Shown: positions 13,903-27,815 of the stretch, in pieces
Position numbering within the stretch: position 1 is the stretch's first letter
Layout of the letters: every line of letters begins with the position of its first letter
Assembly (NCBI GenBank): GCA_951406725.2
Contig: OX597814.1
Location: 98,208,001 to 98,272,000, forward strand
Origin: Octopus vulgaris
Taxonomy: Eukaryota
Length of the DNA stretch: 64,000 bases
Direction of reading: 5' to 3'
Program-made: the position numbers and the translations under genes
Notes under the pieces: generated by a model
Databases searched by the model: none
What the model was told of the DNA's origin: nothing
Seen by the model: the letters and a program-made list of their open reading frames with translations, nothing else

Positions 13903-14328
13903 TTACTTCTTGATATCCTGTTGCTTATTTTGATTTTATTCATCAAACTTCGAGCTGTGCGGATAATACCGGACTGACTTGGTGCTTCAACTTAAGTACC
14001 TAATTCAACTGAATCTTAATTATGTATACATACATACATACATACATACATACATACATACATGCATGCATACATACATACATACATACATACATACATA
14101 CATACATACATACACACACACATACATACATACATACATACATACATACATACATACATACATACATACATACATACATACATACATACACACACATATA
14201 TATGTGTGTGTATATATATACTATATATGTACAACCATACTCATAAACGTACATATATAAACACGCACCATTTATCATGATTTATATACACATACATATA
14301 TGCGTCTGTATATATACATGCGAATATA

Positions 14329-14985
14329 CACGGTGTCCCGAAATTAAGGCGACCGAAGTTTCGGGATTTAATAACTACCAATAAATGTGATAAGATAGGG
14401 GAATTATATATCATTATAAAATCTTAGTGTGTCTTCTTTTTGTTTCAGACTAAATAAATTCATATTATAAATTAGATAATGACTATGGACCGAAAAACAA
14501 TTATAACCAGTCACAAAGAAGGCGAAAGTGATACAGCTATAGCAAAAAAGCTTAAAATCAACCGAACAACAGTCTGGAAAATTGTCAAGAAACTTCAAAA
14601 GACTGGTTTCGCTACTGATCGATCTGGACGTGACCGAAAAAGAAGTGTGCGAACCCCTCAACTTATCAAAAGTACCAGAGAAAAGATACAGTGAAATCCT
14701 CGTAGTTTTGTCAGAAAACTGGCTGCTTTAGCAAAAATAAGTCGAACATCGATGTATCGAGAGATGAAGGCAGATCTCAGGACCCATCCCTACAAGATGA
14801 TTCGCCATCATGAGCTCACATAAGTTTTTAAGACCATGAGACTGAAGAGAAGTCGTCTTATCCTGTATCAGATTGGTGAAGGCACGGTGCCCAACCTGCT
14901 GTTCACTGATGAAAAGAAACTTGACATCGAACAGTCAGAATGACCGACTTTGGAGAGTAGCTGGCTCTGTCGAGGGTAGACTCGA
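14329..14985 (+). mobile_element. Tc1/mariner-superfamily transposon, 5' part (maT/DD37D-like)
   Basis: TA-CACGGTGTCCC terminus. HTH region MDRKTII..AIAKKLKINRTTVWKIVKK..DRSGR.RKRSVRTP, then P.LLFTDEK, with stops. Confidence 0.8.
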
Positions 14986-15384
14986 ACTTGGGTCTATTTG
15001 TCCACACACACACACATCCAGCTTTGAAATATTTTATCAACACCGCAAATGTAAGATCTCTTCCCTGAAGACAGAGGCTCGTCTCACCCGACGTTGGATT
15101 AATCTACAAACATTATTTTGGACCACCGAGCCCTCAGAAGTTGCTTTGAACTTGTAATTTTTTCTTCAACCCCTTTAATTCGTGATGTCATTTCTACGCT
15201 GTGTAAACCAGACCTTTTTGTATGAAAACTTACATTTTTTTGTATTTTCTGTATCTAATGTACTTTGTATGTTGACCTAGCTAACTTGCCTATCATTACA
15301 TTTACTTCTCTACCCGCTCAAGTGTAAACCTCTCGGGCACTACTAAATGTATTCTAAACGGAGAATATTTGATACCTATCTATG

Positions 15385-15433
<49 letters not shown>

Positions 15434-15439
15434 CACAAA

Positions 15440-15878
15440 TACAAATGTCATTAAATGTGACTAGTGTGTTAGGAAACACCTACATTGCAAGAAATAAGAG
15501 CTAAATCGCTCTGATGCTGTAGTTAATGCACTTTAATGAAAACACTAACAGGGTCCAAAAAGTGCCGATCGAGAATTCTTAATACTGACGCGTCAGTTTC
15601 GGTAATTTCCGTTGCCTCATCAGTCAAGACCATTCGATTGTTCGGCTCTTCCCGGACTCGCTTTGCCATTAGTATTTATGTTTTCGTCATCCAAATAATT
15701 GGATGATTTAACGATTCGCTGATGTGTATATATAAAATTAATATAGACAGCAGTTTGCAATGTTTCACCAAAATGAGAATTACAAATGTCACTAAATGTG
15801 ACTAGCTGTTAGGAAACACTTACATTGCTAGAAATAAGAGCTAACCCACTCTAATGCTGCAGTTAACGCACATGAATG
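15440..15878 (-). repeat. 341-nt unit plus ~95-nt terminal redundancy, carrying the HHR (retrozyme-like)
   Basis: 15440-15538 is repeated imperfectly at 15781-15878. Confidence 0.7.
15577..15629 (-). ncRNA. Type I hammerhead ribozyme motif
   Basis: Minus strand TCTTGA CTGATGA GGCAA-cggaaa-TTACC GAA ACTGACGCGTCAGT A TTAAGA. Canonical core, 6-bp stem I and a perfect 14-nt palindromic stem III. Confidence 0.85.
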
Positions 15879-16183
15879 CGGCCATGATGGAGCACGGTTT
15901 TAGTCAATTCTTACTAACCTGGTATTTAATCTATTGTTAAATACCAGGCTAAAATCTGGTATTTAATCTATTGTTTTGACGAACCACTAAGTTATGGAAA
16001 CGTAAAGAAAGCCACACTTCTCGGGCGGTGGTGGTGAGGGATCTACTCAAAGACATATCTGCACTCGCATATACACAATAATCTTTTGCAGACCGCACTA
16101 ATCACTTGGTCATTTGCTTTCACCTCTCCACTCTTTTCTTTTTCAAACACATACATGTACGTGCGTGTGTGCTTACATGTGTA

Positions 16184-16283
16184 NNNNNNNNNNNNNNNNN
16201 NNNNNNNNNNNNNNNNNNNNNNNNNNNNNNNNNNNNNNNNNNNNNNNNNNNNNNNNNNNNNNNNNNNNNNNNNNNNNNNNNNN
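16184..16283. other. Assembly gap (100 N)
   Basis: Run of N. Confidence 1.
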
Positions 16284-16700
16284 CCCGCTTATGATGTTGT
16301 GGGCGAGAATGAGATCACCACGGCGGCGGCGTTTTTCAAGAGAACAAAGGTCGAGCGTCCTCAGCCTTTCTTCGTAGGACAAATTTTTGAGACCATGAAC
16401 CATGCGGGTAGCCAGCCTCTGGACTCTTTCGAGATGCTGTATGTCTTTGAGGAGATAAGGAGAAGAGGCTTGAATCCCATACTCCAATATGGGTCTCACC
16501 AGCGTGACATAGAGTGGCAGGAATATGGCTGCTGTGAGCATTCCGAATGACCGTCGAATCAAAAACAGAATTCCGCGCGCTTTGTTGGCAGCATGGACGC
16601 ACTGGGCCGAAGGCGAAAAGGAGGAATCCACCAAGATACCCAGGTCCTTTACCTGATCGGTCCTCTCCAGCAGCAGACGACCCGGCTCGAAATCAAGTTG
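16284..16700 (-). pseudogene. CR1/L2-like LINE fragment, same family as 44816-46843
   Basis: KDLGILVDSS..LVRPILEYG..LERVQRLATRMV..LEKRRRRGDLI, nearly identical to 45128-45543. Confidence 0.9.
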
Positions 16701-17447
16701 TACAAGAGACACAGCGTGTGTGTTTGTCTTTGTGTGCGTGTGGTTTGGATGTATAGGAAAAAAAGAGAGAATTAAAGAAGGGAGAAATAGAGTGCGTGTT
16801 TGTCATTGTGTGTGTATGTATTTATGTGTGCCTGTGTATGTGGTGTGAATGTGCTTATTATATGTCGCAATACTATCCGATTGCAGTCGTGATACGAGGC
16901 TGGATTTCTTTTTAATTTTCATGCTTGGCAAGAAGACAAAGAAGTGTTTTGGAAGTGATTTCTCTAGAAGGAAACCAACTTCTCAAATGTTAGTGTTCAT
17001 GCAGCAGTAAATAGATATTATTGGGTTCAAAACAACTTGTGTGAGCAGCCGTAGCTTTGGAAATGTTTTTTTTTTAAAAAGAAATGCTTCGTCATTGAGT
17101 TGAATTGAATATGTTTTAAAAAGCGACAGGATTTACGGAGTCATAAATTTAGTGGAAATTTAGTGTGTCCTCATGACACAATGAATTGTGATTTTCCATT
17201 AGAAAACAGAAGAGAAAAGGAAAGAGAGCGTGAAAAGTTAGTTACAGTAAGATTTTGATGGCCTGGTTGTCACTACCCTTGTACAGATGCAACACCGATT
17301 TTCTGGAACCTTTGATTCCAAAACCTTTTCTGGCCACGGCTTTTTCTGAGAAAGGGATGCTTATGTTGATCAACACAAATGAAACAAATATTAAATTTAC
17401 TTAAATGAATTAAGTGAAATACAGGTACCTGTACATTGGTATAAAAT

Positions 17448-17786
17448 TAGTGGTTCTCAACCGGGGCCCTTAAAGCCCCTGAGTGTCCAGTTATGATTTT
17501 TGGGGTCTACATAACAAAATAGTAAATTGAGGATCCACAATAGCATTTTAAGGGCCCTGAAAAAATTTCTTTACATGTTTGTATTGGTATGTATTGTAAG
17601 AAACAAGTTTCTTTCTCTAACATTTTACATAGTTCAACTTACACAAGTTAAAGTGTGAAAAACTAAATAGGAATTTTGAAAGAAGTTTCTATAAAACTAG
17701 TTTTTCAACAATGAATGGATATGGGGGACCATCAGGATAAAGTAGTTATCAAAGGGGTCCATAGATAAAACGGTTGAGAATCCCTG
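17448..17786. mobile_element. hAT-like MITE
   Basis: Termini TAGTGGTTCTCAACC / GGTTGAGAATCCCTG, with similar GTATAAA(A)T flanks. Confidence 0.6.
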
Positions 17787-18734
17787 GTATAAATGATACA
17801 AGTTTATTGATACTGTTCTATGCTAGGTACTAGTCTATGCAAGGTACCAGTAAACTGGTTTGGGGTCCGCGGGAACTTGAAATTCCTGCTTGTAGATTAA
17901 TATGGATTCTCAGAGGTTCCGGGCCATCAGTGTCCAGAAAGTCAGTGTTGCTTTTGTATTATGAAAACAACGGTAATCTACATAACCGCTTGCGCGTTGG
18001 GCAAAATGCTTAGCGAAATTTCTTATGACTTTTACTCTGTCAAATGTAATGCTTAATTCTTCACATTGTTTTGATTTAATCATGCATTACCTTGTAACTT
18101 TGAGACTTCAATGGTGTGTTTGTATATTTCTAGAGTGGCATTTCAGGGTAGAAACTGGATTTGGTCAGTTTTAACATAAAACAGGTAGAATATTTGGGCC
18201 GGATTAAATACAAAAGGGTTAACTTCTGAGTTCAAATCTCAGCGAGGGCAGGTTTCATCCTTTCGGGGTCGATGTACCAGTTGAGCAGTAGCATCAATGT
18301 AATCGACTATCTCCTCTCCACAAATTTCAAGCCTTGTGTCTACAGTAGAAAGAAAAAATATTAGTCGCATAAGGTGGTGAGCTGGCAGGATAGTTAGCAC
18401 ATCGGACAAAATGCTTACCGACATTGCATTGGGCTCTTTAAGTTCTGAGTTCAAATGTCATCGGTTTGAACTTTATCTTTTTACTTTTCGCCATCTAAAG
18501 AAAAGAAGAAAGCATTACCATGCAAGTACTAGGACCGGTTTATAGACTAGCTGACCTTGTGCTTAAAGTTTGAAGTAATATTAGAGGCATCATATTTCAA
18601 TTTGCATAACATGACACACGCACACACGCGCGCGTGCATGCACAGACACGCATTTATATGCGACCATGTATACTCTTCTACTTGATTCGGTTATTGGAGT
18701 GCAGCCACGATGGCGCACCGCCTTTTACGGTTAG

Positions 18735-20562
18735 TCGAACAAATCGTTTCATGAAAATTGTTCGAAAACAATTGTTCAAAAACACTTATTCGAAAACAAT
18801 TATTCGAAATCTAAACGAAAATTATTCAAATTGACGATTGTTTGAATTGTTTACTGATTTGAACATGCGCCAGTGACAGATACGTTACCGGAAAGTAAAG
18901 GACAGAAAATACTCTGCTCGTGCTAATTTACCTGGACTTTATATGCCCTTTAAAGATGGCCGGATATATTGATAGTGAAAAAGGTAAGCCCATGCTCAAA
19001 ATTGATGGCTTCGTATTTGTAAAAGATAAGCAAATTGGAACCAAAGTATATTGGAAGCGCAATAGGTTTGCATCGTATTGTAAATGCCGTGCAATAGCTA
19101 ATGACGGTGAAGAGATTAAAGGTTCTCATGAACATAATCATTCTGGTGATTCCGTAAACATCAAAGTGGGTATTTGTATGAACAGAGTAAAACAAGAGGC
19201 TAAAGAAACCCATGATTTCCCTCATTATATAATTTATACCGCTGCTTCGCAGTTAAGTGAAAACGCAGCGCAAACTTTACCAGCAACAAGCTCTATAAAA
19301 AGGCATATTCACAATGTAAGACAAAAGGAGGAATCCGGCTGGGCTAATCCTATTCATAGAAGAGAAATTGTTTTTACTGATGAAGAAAACTAATAAGGGG
19401 GAGCAATTTTTGCTATATGATTCAGGTCCTGGTGATGACAGAATGCTCATTTTTGCGACTCAGAATGATTTGAGAATACTTGCATCAGGTGAACATTTAC
19501 AAGTGGATGGAACATTTAAAACTGCACCTAACTATTTGAACAATTATATACAGTACATGCGGTTAATAATAACTTTACCATACCGATAGTTTATGCCTTA
19601 CTTCCAGGTAAGAAGGCATAAATTTGCTAAATTTAAGTCAAGTGTTCTTAATTTACAAGTTACGACTATAATGTCAGATTTTGAGCTTGTCACTATAACA
19701 GCTGTTAAAGAATTCAGCATAGCTTCACATTATGGATGTCTTTTTCATTTGGGTTAGTGCCTCTATCGAAATTTTGTGAGACTGGTCACAAAGTAAATTA
19801 TGATACCGATTCCGAGTTTGCTTTAAGCATTCGAATGCTGTTAGCCTTAGCTTTTGTCCCCATAGGTAAAGTTGTTGAATCATTTGAGACTTTATTAGAT
19901 TCCAATATATATACTTCAATAGTGAATCCTATTCTGGATTATTTTAATGATGTGTGGATTGGTCATCCTTCAAGACGTCATAGATAAAGCCCTACATTCG
20001 TGATATCTATGTAGTCTTGCTTTGAAAGAATCAATGCTGGTTTACCAAGAACTAATAACGCCCTTGAAGGACGACATAAAGCGTCATCCCATCAACCCAC
20101 AATATGGAAAATCACAGACGCTCCAGAAAGAGAGCAAGACTTGCGACAAATAAATATTTCCAAAGTAAGAGCAGGTTGTCAAAATATCAAGAGAGCCAAA
20201 GACTCAAGTAAATAGTGGAATCCTTTAACGAGTACTCCTCAGCAGTTGAGCATTTACGTGCGTTGCATATAACTTATCTTTATAAGTGATTTTTTAATCA
20301 TTGCAAGTATAGATATATATTTATTAAATAAATATCATTTATGTACATGATTTTTGATTTTATCATTTTTGTTTAAAAAAAATTAAAAAAATTAGAATAA
20401 AGAGACGCAGGAGTGGCTGTGTAGTGTGTAGCTTGCTTACCAACCACATAGTTCTGGATTCAGTCCCACTGCGTGAATCTTGGGCAAGTGTCTTCTATTA
20501 TAGCCTCGGGCCGACCAAAGCCTTGTGAGTGGATTTGGTAGACGGAAACTGAAAGAAGCTCG

Positions 20563-20630
<68 letters not shown>

Positions 20631-21080
20631 GTATGTGTGTGTGTGTATGTGTGAGTGTGTGTGTGTGTATGTGTGAGTGTGTGTGTATGTGTGAGTGTGT
20701 GTGTGTGAGTGTGTTTGTATGCTTGTGTGTCTGTGTTTGTCCCCCCAGCATCGCTTGACAACCGATGCTGGTGTGTTTACGTCCCCGTAACTTAGCGGTT
20801 CGGCAAAAGAGACCGATAGAATAAGTACTAAGCTTACAAAGAATAAGACCTGGGGTCGATTTGCTCGACTAAAGGCGGTGCTGCAGCATGGCCGTAGTCA
20901 AATGACTGAAACAAGTAAAAGAGTAAAAGAGTAAAGAAAGAGTAATTAGCATTTCGGATAACCGTCTTTTTGAATAATTTTCATTCATACAATTTTCCAC
21001 TCGAGTAAATGTTTTTCGAATAATTGTTTTTGAACAATTATTTTCGAACAATGTTCACATAATCGAACAAATAGAATTTC
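18735..21080 (+). mobile_element. MULE (Mutator-like) transposon with FLYWCH domain and repeat-built TIRs, decayed
   Basis: FLYWCH-like KVYWK..C..HEHNH, plus VDGTFKTAP, HYGCLFHLG and RTNNALEG.H motifs across 18955-20280 with frameshifts. Inverted arrays of ~15-nt TTCGAAAACAATT repeats at both ends. Confidence 0.85.
20404..20935 (+). mobile_element. SINE family A, nested in the MULE
   Basis: Full head, internal (TA)n(TG)n and (GAGTAAAA)n tail. Confidence 0.9.
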
Positions 21081-21889
21081 CCAATTTTTATTTTAAATTT
21101 GCTACTTATTCTATTGATTTCTTTTGTTGAACCACCAGAAATGTAAACAAACGAAACAAGTTCTCTAGCGGTAGGGTTACAAGCAAAAACACCAAGACAC
21201 ACACATGTATCAGACACACACGCGCACACACACACACGTTCACATATATGTATATTTATAAATGTAACGAGCAAAACGCCCCCTGTCCAATGGACGGTGC
21301 TGAGTTGTCAAACATTTAAACCAAATTTTCTCAAAACAACTTGTCCGACCGTCCGATAGGCCACCCCTTTGAGAAACACTGGTTTAACCTAAATTTGAGA
21401 CACCAGCAAAAGAAGAAACAGAGATAGACTATTTTCTATTCCAAAGAAAAACGATTTTATTCACACAAATAAGCAACTGAAGAGTTTAAAGCAACAGTAA
21501 TGATAAGGCTGTTGACTGGGAGAACACAAACATGGTTTAAACAGTAAGCTTGGCAGGAAAGAAACGTGCCTTTAAGCAGTACAAAAACAACAAAAAATGG
21601 AAGGTGCAGTTATATACAGGTTGACGGAAGAAAAGCAGGACAAAAACGATGCATGCAAATGGGTTAGCTGGAGGTAAATCTAGATGGAAAAGCACGATGA
21701 ATTTATGAGAACGTACCTGGGACAATAATAAGTTTATCGGATAAAACATGTAGGAAATCAACTTGGGGCGATTTTTGATAAAAAGCAACAACTCAGGGAA
21801 CTAAGTAACTAATTTTAAGCTAACTTACTTTACGGGATGTTCAAGGGCATGGAAAAATTAGTGGAGCGCAATCTTGTAAACCACGTTAC

Positions 21890-22190
21890 TGCATTTTGTG
21901 GCATTATTTCAAGCCAGCCGCCTTTTTTTGCGCAAACTGCACGTGCATTTTTCTCGCGTACGCGTAGTATCGATCGCAACAGCTAATGTACTTGCGCGTA
22001 CAAATGCACGTTCCCACGGTTTTATCGATCGCATTCTCACCTGGAATCGATTTTTGTAATTTTTTCAAGACTTATACACGCCCTGATACCGTCGGTATCT
22101 ACAAATCAAATTTGAGCGCAATCGGATGGAGGATGCCCGAGATCCTAGAAAACACACAGACAGACAGACAACGGATTTTATATAATAGAT
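21890..22190. mobile_element. Possible Helitron/HINE-like non-autonomous element end
   Basis: AAATTTGAGCGCAATCGG..(CAGA)n..TTTTATATAATAGAT terminus resembles such elements. Assigned by pattern only. Confidence 0.35.
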
Positions 22191-22208
22191 ATGTATATGT
22201 GTGCACGC

Positions 22209-22273
<65 letters not shown>

Positions 22274-22467
22274 GTTAATCCAAACATAAAAACACAAAGA
22301 GAAAACACAACAACGCGAGGACGTGGAATAAGTATAGTATTATTGGACGCTCAGGAAAGAAGGAGGGTTTAACGTTTCGAGCGGAGCTCTTCGTCAGAAA
22401 CATAGAAAAAGGAAAGATCCAAGGAAGGGAAGACGGAGAAAGAAAATCGCCAACGGTACACACGCGG
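22274..22467 (-). mobile_element. ~195-bp HHR-bearing repeat (PLE pseudo-LTR or retrozyme-like)
   Basis: Homologous to 44672-44815 joined to 46844-46900. A further 3' fragment lies at ~28663-28712. Confidence 0.75.
22367..22401 (-). ncRNA. Minimal type I hammerhead motif
   Basis: GTTT CTGACGA A GAGC-tcc-GCTC GAAA CG TT AAAC, with palindromic ACGT stem III as in PLE minimal HHRs. Confidence 0.8.
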
Positions 22468-22544
22468 CTACAAAACGAACATAAACGAATATATATAAAA
22501 CGAATATATAAACGAAAATAAACCTGAAGGCATCATCGAAAACG

Positions 22545-23270
22545 ATAATGCAAAGATCCAACAAGATTTTATGATTCAATGCAACAATGAGATAGAGAAT
22601 AGGAAAGCAGACATAGTGTTAATTGAGAAAGAAAGTAAACGATGCTGGATCATAGATATAGCATGTCCAGCTGACAACAAGGTATGAGAGAAGGAAGAAA
22701 GAAAAGTCGATAAATATGACAGGGTAACTTGGAAGGTTAAGCAGTTGTGGTCGCTGAAAAAGGTGATGGTGGCACCAATAATTGCCGGATCACTGGGAAG
22801 TGTGAGTAAAAATCTTGAGAAGTACTTGGAACAAATGGGGGATGCAATAACGGTGGAGCACTTGCAGAAAACAACACTGCTTGGAACCGCTCGAATACTC
22901 CGGATGGTGCTCGAAAAATAAGGTGTATTACCTTAGTTCACTGTCAAGAAGGAAGGCGAAAAGATAGATAGAACCCTCTTAAGTACGAAATAGCCCGGCT
23001 TTGGAAAATGAAGAAGGTGAAGGTAGTGCCAATTATTGTTGGGTCCTTGGGAGTAGTATCAGAAGGCATCAAGAGGAATATAAAGTAAATTGAAGTAGAG
23101 TTCCCAGTATAACTGTTACAAAAGGTTTGTCTCCTTGGCACGGCCAGAATAATCAGGGATGTATGAGATAACTGAAAAGAACAAATAGCATGAACCCGTA
23201 GGCTGCATGTAGTAAGTCCGCTATGCAAGCAAAACTTCAGGAATGCCAACAAAACCTGTGATAAAGAGAA
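22545..23270 (+). pseudogene. Two consecutive R4/Dong-like RLE-domain 3' fragments from different families
   Basis: RKADIVLIEK..IIDIACP..LQKTTLLGTARILR (to ~22920), then YEIARLWKMKKV.VVPIIVGSLG..LQKVCLLGTARII. Followed by TAA/TGA repeats. Confidence 0.8.
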
Positions 23271-23384
23271 AATAATGATTATGATGATGATGATGATGGT
23301 GATGATAATAATAATAATAATAATAACAACAACAACAAAAACAAAAATAACAATAACAATAACAATAAAAACAACAACAACAAC

Positions 23385-23415
<31 letters not shown>

Positions 23416-23481
23416 GTAGTAGTAGTAGTTGTAGTAGTAGTAGTAGTAGTAGTAATAATGATGATGATGATGATGATGATG

Positions 23482-23542
<61 letters not shown>

Positions 23543-23610
23543 TAATAATAATAATAATAATAACAACAATAACAATAATAATAATAATAATAACACTAAT
23601 AATAATAATA

Positions 23611-23652
<42 letters not shown>

Positions 23653-24015
23653 CCCTGATGCAGTATCAGGCAGAGGAAGTGTTATGTACATTGTTTTGTC
23701 TTCGTATAAAACAAGAGCTACAGCAAATGTTCTGCTCAGTACCACAGATTTGCTTGTTAGTTGCTTGACCTTAACCAGATGGGCATGTCTCTTTGTGGCT
23801 GACGATATGTGCATCTTAGATGACGAGCAGAATTAGTGGGGAAGCATCATAGGCCTGGATTTTGTGGGGAGGGGTTAGTCAATCACATTGACCCCAGTCA
23901 ATTTATCGATCCGGAAAGGATGAAAGGCAAAATCGACCTCGGCGGAATTAATTCAGAACGTAACGGCAGACGAAATGTCGCGAACCATTTCGCGCGGCGT
24001 GTTAACGATTCTGCC

Positions 24016-24067
<52 letters not shown>

Positions 24068-24636
24068 TACTGGAGGCACAAGGACTGAAATTTTGGGGGA
24101 TAGACTAGTCGATCACGTCGATCCAAATGTTTCATTGGCACTTAATCTGTCGACCCCGAACGGATGAAAGGCAACGTCAAACTCGGAGGACACAGATTTG
24201 CTTGTCAGTTATTTGACCATAACCAGTTGAGCATGTCCCTTAGTGGCTGAGGATATGCGCATCTCTGATCCCGAGCAGAAGTAATGCGGGAGCATCATAG
24301 TCGTGTGTTGAGAGGAATGTTTTGGAGTTTGAATAGTTCATCTCTGGAAACATGTTTGTTTCGTTCAACATCCTTAAACAACCCTTATCCAGGGACCGTT
24401 TGAGTGGGATGGGCTACTCGATCTGAAGAAAATTCTAACTGGGCCCCACTGCATGGTCATGCACTGTTAATCTTGATACGAGATCACCATGTCGCGCTCA
24501 TATGGTTGCGATGCACGTTCCTGGTGTATCAGACGGGTAGTCGTGATGGGTATACTGGGTTTCGTAAATTTTACCCCAATTTCACTTTGATGGCATACAC
24601 TGCTCTCTCACTCAATAACAATAATAATAATAATAA

Positions 24637-24786
<150 letters not shown>

Positions 24787-27614
24787 GATCCTATGTGGTG
24801 TAAAGATTAGAAAACGGCAACAGTCCCACAAAAAGCCTTCTTGGCAAGAGCGTCTGCAACAACAAATTAAAATATTTAGATCTGACATTGAATATTTGAA
24901 AAACCTTAAGGCTCACAAGATTACCAAACCTACAAAAACCCAAAAATTACTGAAAAAATACAATATGAAAACTATACTTGATATTGATGCCACCATAGAA
25001 ACCATCAAACAAAAGGTATCTGCCAAAGCTGCCCGCATAGCGAGGTATGAAAAACGTGCTAGATTTTTCAAGGACAACAACATGTTCAAAAATAACACCA
25101 AGAATTTTTACAGGAAGATAGGAAAAACAGCGTTTACTGCAGGGTCTGTACCATCAAAAGAAGAAGTGCAGAGATTTTGGAATAAAATCTGGGCAGAAGA
25201 AAAAACACACAACGAAAAGGCCCCCTGGATTGACAGAATATCTACAGAACTGGACCCCTTAGAAGAGCAAAAGTGGGAGGGTGTCAAGGTAGAAGATATA
25301 AGATCTGCTCTCAGGAGGTCAAGCAAATGGAAGTCTCCAGGAAAGGATAAAATTCCTAACTTCTGGCTGAATGCCTTCCCAGAGAGCCATGAACTGCTAA
25401 CAGAACTGTACAATGATGTTTTGCAACACCCTAGTAGGATGCCTCCTTGGCTAGTTAATGGGTTAACATTCCTGCTTCCAAAAAGTGAAGAAACAAATGA
25501 ACCAAAAAACTATAGACCCATAACTTGCTTAACAACTATGTACAAAACACTAACATCTGTCCTGACGGAATATACCTATAGTTTTTTAACAGACAGCAGC
25601 ATATTCCCTAATGAACAGAAAGGATGTAAACGTGGATCCTACGGCTGTAAAGACCAACTACTCATCAATAAGATGATCTTAGAAGATTGTCACAAACGAC
25701 ACAAAAACTTATCAATAGCCTGGATAGACTATAAAAAGGCTTTTGATAGCCTACCACATAGCTGGATTAGGAAATGCCTTGAAATGTATAAGATAGCACC
25801 AACTCTGCGAAACTTCTTGACTGTAAGTATGAGATCATGGAGAACCACACTAACCCTGAACAGTGACAGTGAATTCCTAAATGCTGGTGATGTAAAAATT
25901 TCGTGTGGCATTTTCCAGGGTGACTCACTGTCACCACTCCTCTTTTGTTTATCCTTAATACCTCTCTCAAAGCTGCTCAATGACGCGCAGTACGGGTATA
26001 AAATGTTTGATAAAAATATAAATCATCTCGTTTACATGGATGATTTAAAGCTTTTGCAAAAAATGATCAACAACTCAAGGGCTTACTAGCGATAGTCAAA
26101 CAATTCAGTGACGACATCAGAATGCAATTCGGCCTCGATAAATGTGCAAAGGCTACCTTTATCAAAGGAAAAATGACAGAAACATCTAACGTTAACCTTG
26201 ACCAACAGAATGTCATAAAAGAACTAGACCCAGCGGAGAGCTACAAGTACCTAGGGATAATTGAAGGGAACGGAATAAGGCATTCAGAGATGAAGGAAAG
26301 GATCAGGAGAGAATGCTATCGAAGAGTGAGAGCAATACTCAAGACAGAGCTGAATGCAAGAAACAGGATCGAAGCAATCAATGCATTAGCTATACCAGTC
26401 GTGACTTACAGTTTCAATATTGTTAACTGGTCAATTACTGAAATATGTCAGCTCGACAGAAAAATAAGGAAACTGTTGACAATGCATGGAATGCACCACC
26501 CTAAGGCAGATACAGAACGACTCTATCTGCCAAGAAAAGAGGAGGCCGTGGTCTTTTGCAACTGGCAATAACAATGAAGATTGCTACAATTGGCCTAGAC
26601 ACCTACCTGAAAAACTCTGAGGACTGGATGCTAAAACTTGTCTCAAAACATGAAAACAAGAAAGCATCATACTCAGTCACAAAACAGGCAAAGGAATATC
26701 TAAGTGAATTCCGAATACAACCAATTTCGGAGATAGATATACAAGAAACAAGCACAGAAAAAGCTAGGCGCATGAAAACCCGTGCCAAAACTGCGGCCTT
26801 AGATATTCTGAATAATAAATGGCAAGAAAAACCTCTCTATGGCAAATACCCAAAGAGAGCGAATAATGCAGATATCGACAAAGCCCTGACCCATCAATGG
26901 CTAATGGCCTCTGGCTTAAAATCTGAAACAGAGGGGTTTATCATAGCAGCTCAAGATCAATGCCTACCAACAAGAAACTACCAGGCCAACATATTAAAGA
27001 TCAGAAGCAGTCCAACGTGTCGTGTATGCAAGCAACAAAATGAAACCATTGACCATGTGGTCTCCAAGTGCAGTCTTCTAGCGCCTACAGAGTATCTCAA
27101 CAGGCACGATAGAGCTGCACAATATATTCACTGGGTAATCTGTAAAAACCTGGATTTGCCCCATGAAAAAAACTGGTGGGAACACAAACCACCCCCAGTG
27201 CTTGAAAATGACCACATCTCACTCCTCTGGAACTTCACCATTCAAACTGACAGGAAGATAGATGCAAATAGGCCAGACATCATATTGAAAAACTTCAAAC
27301 AAAGAACATGCCTCCTCATTGATATGACTGTCCCAATCGATATAAACGTATCTGTCAAGACCTACCAAAAACTGAGCAAATATAAAGATCTTGAAATAGA
27401 AATCAGCAAAATGTGGAAGCTGAAGACTAAAACAATACCTGTTGTCATAGGTGCCCTGGGAATGATAGCAAAAGGGGCTGATAGCTACCTAACTCAGATA
27501 CCAGGAAACCCAAAAATGGCAGAAGTTCAAAAGATAGTGCTCATGGGAACTGCTCATATCCTACGCAAAATACTCTCTATGTAATCTCAAGGTTTAAAAC
27601 AAACATAATTTTCG

Positions 27615-27649
<35 letters not shown>

Positions 27650-27815
27650 TTTTTTTTTCTTTTTAGACATTCATTAGTACAACATCCCCACCCCCCAAAT
27701 ATATGGCACACTAGGCATAACAACAACATGAACTTCCAACCCTGTTGTCTCTTGAGGTCTCTGGGTGAGACTTGGAGCCAACTTGTACAAATATAAAGCA
27801 AAAGTCAAACATAGA
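24787..27815 (+). mobile_element. R4/Dong-clade RLE non-LTR retrotransposon, 5'-truncated, two frameshifts
   Basis: RT (KSPGKD, NYRPITCL, WIDYKKAFDS, GIFQGDSLSP, YMDD), CCHC (CRVC..ETIDHVVSKC) and RLE (RHD, RPDI..IDMTVP). Frameshifts near 26055 and 26545. (TAA)n on both flanks. Confidence 0.93.
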
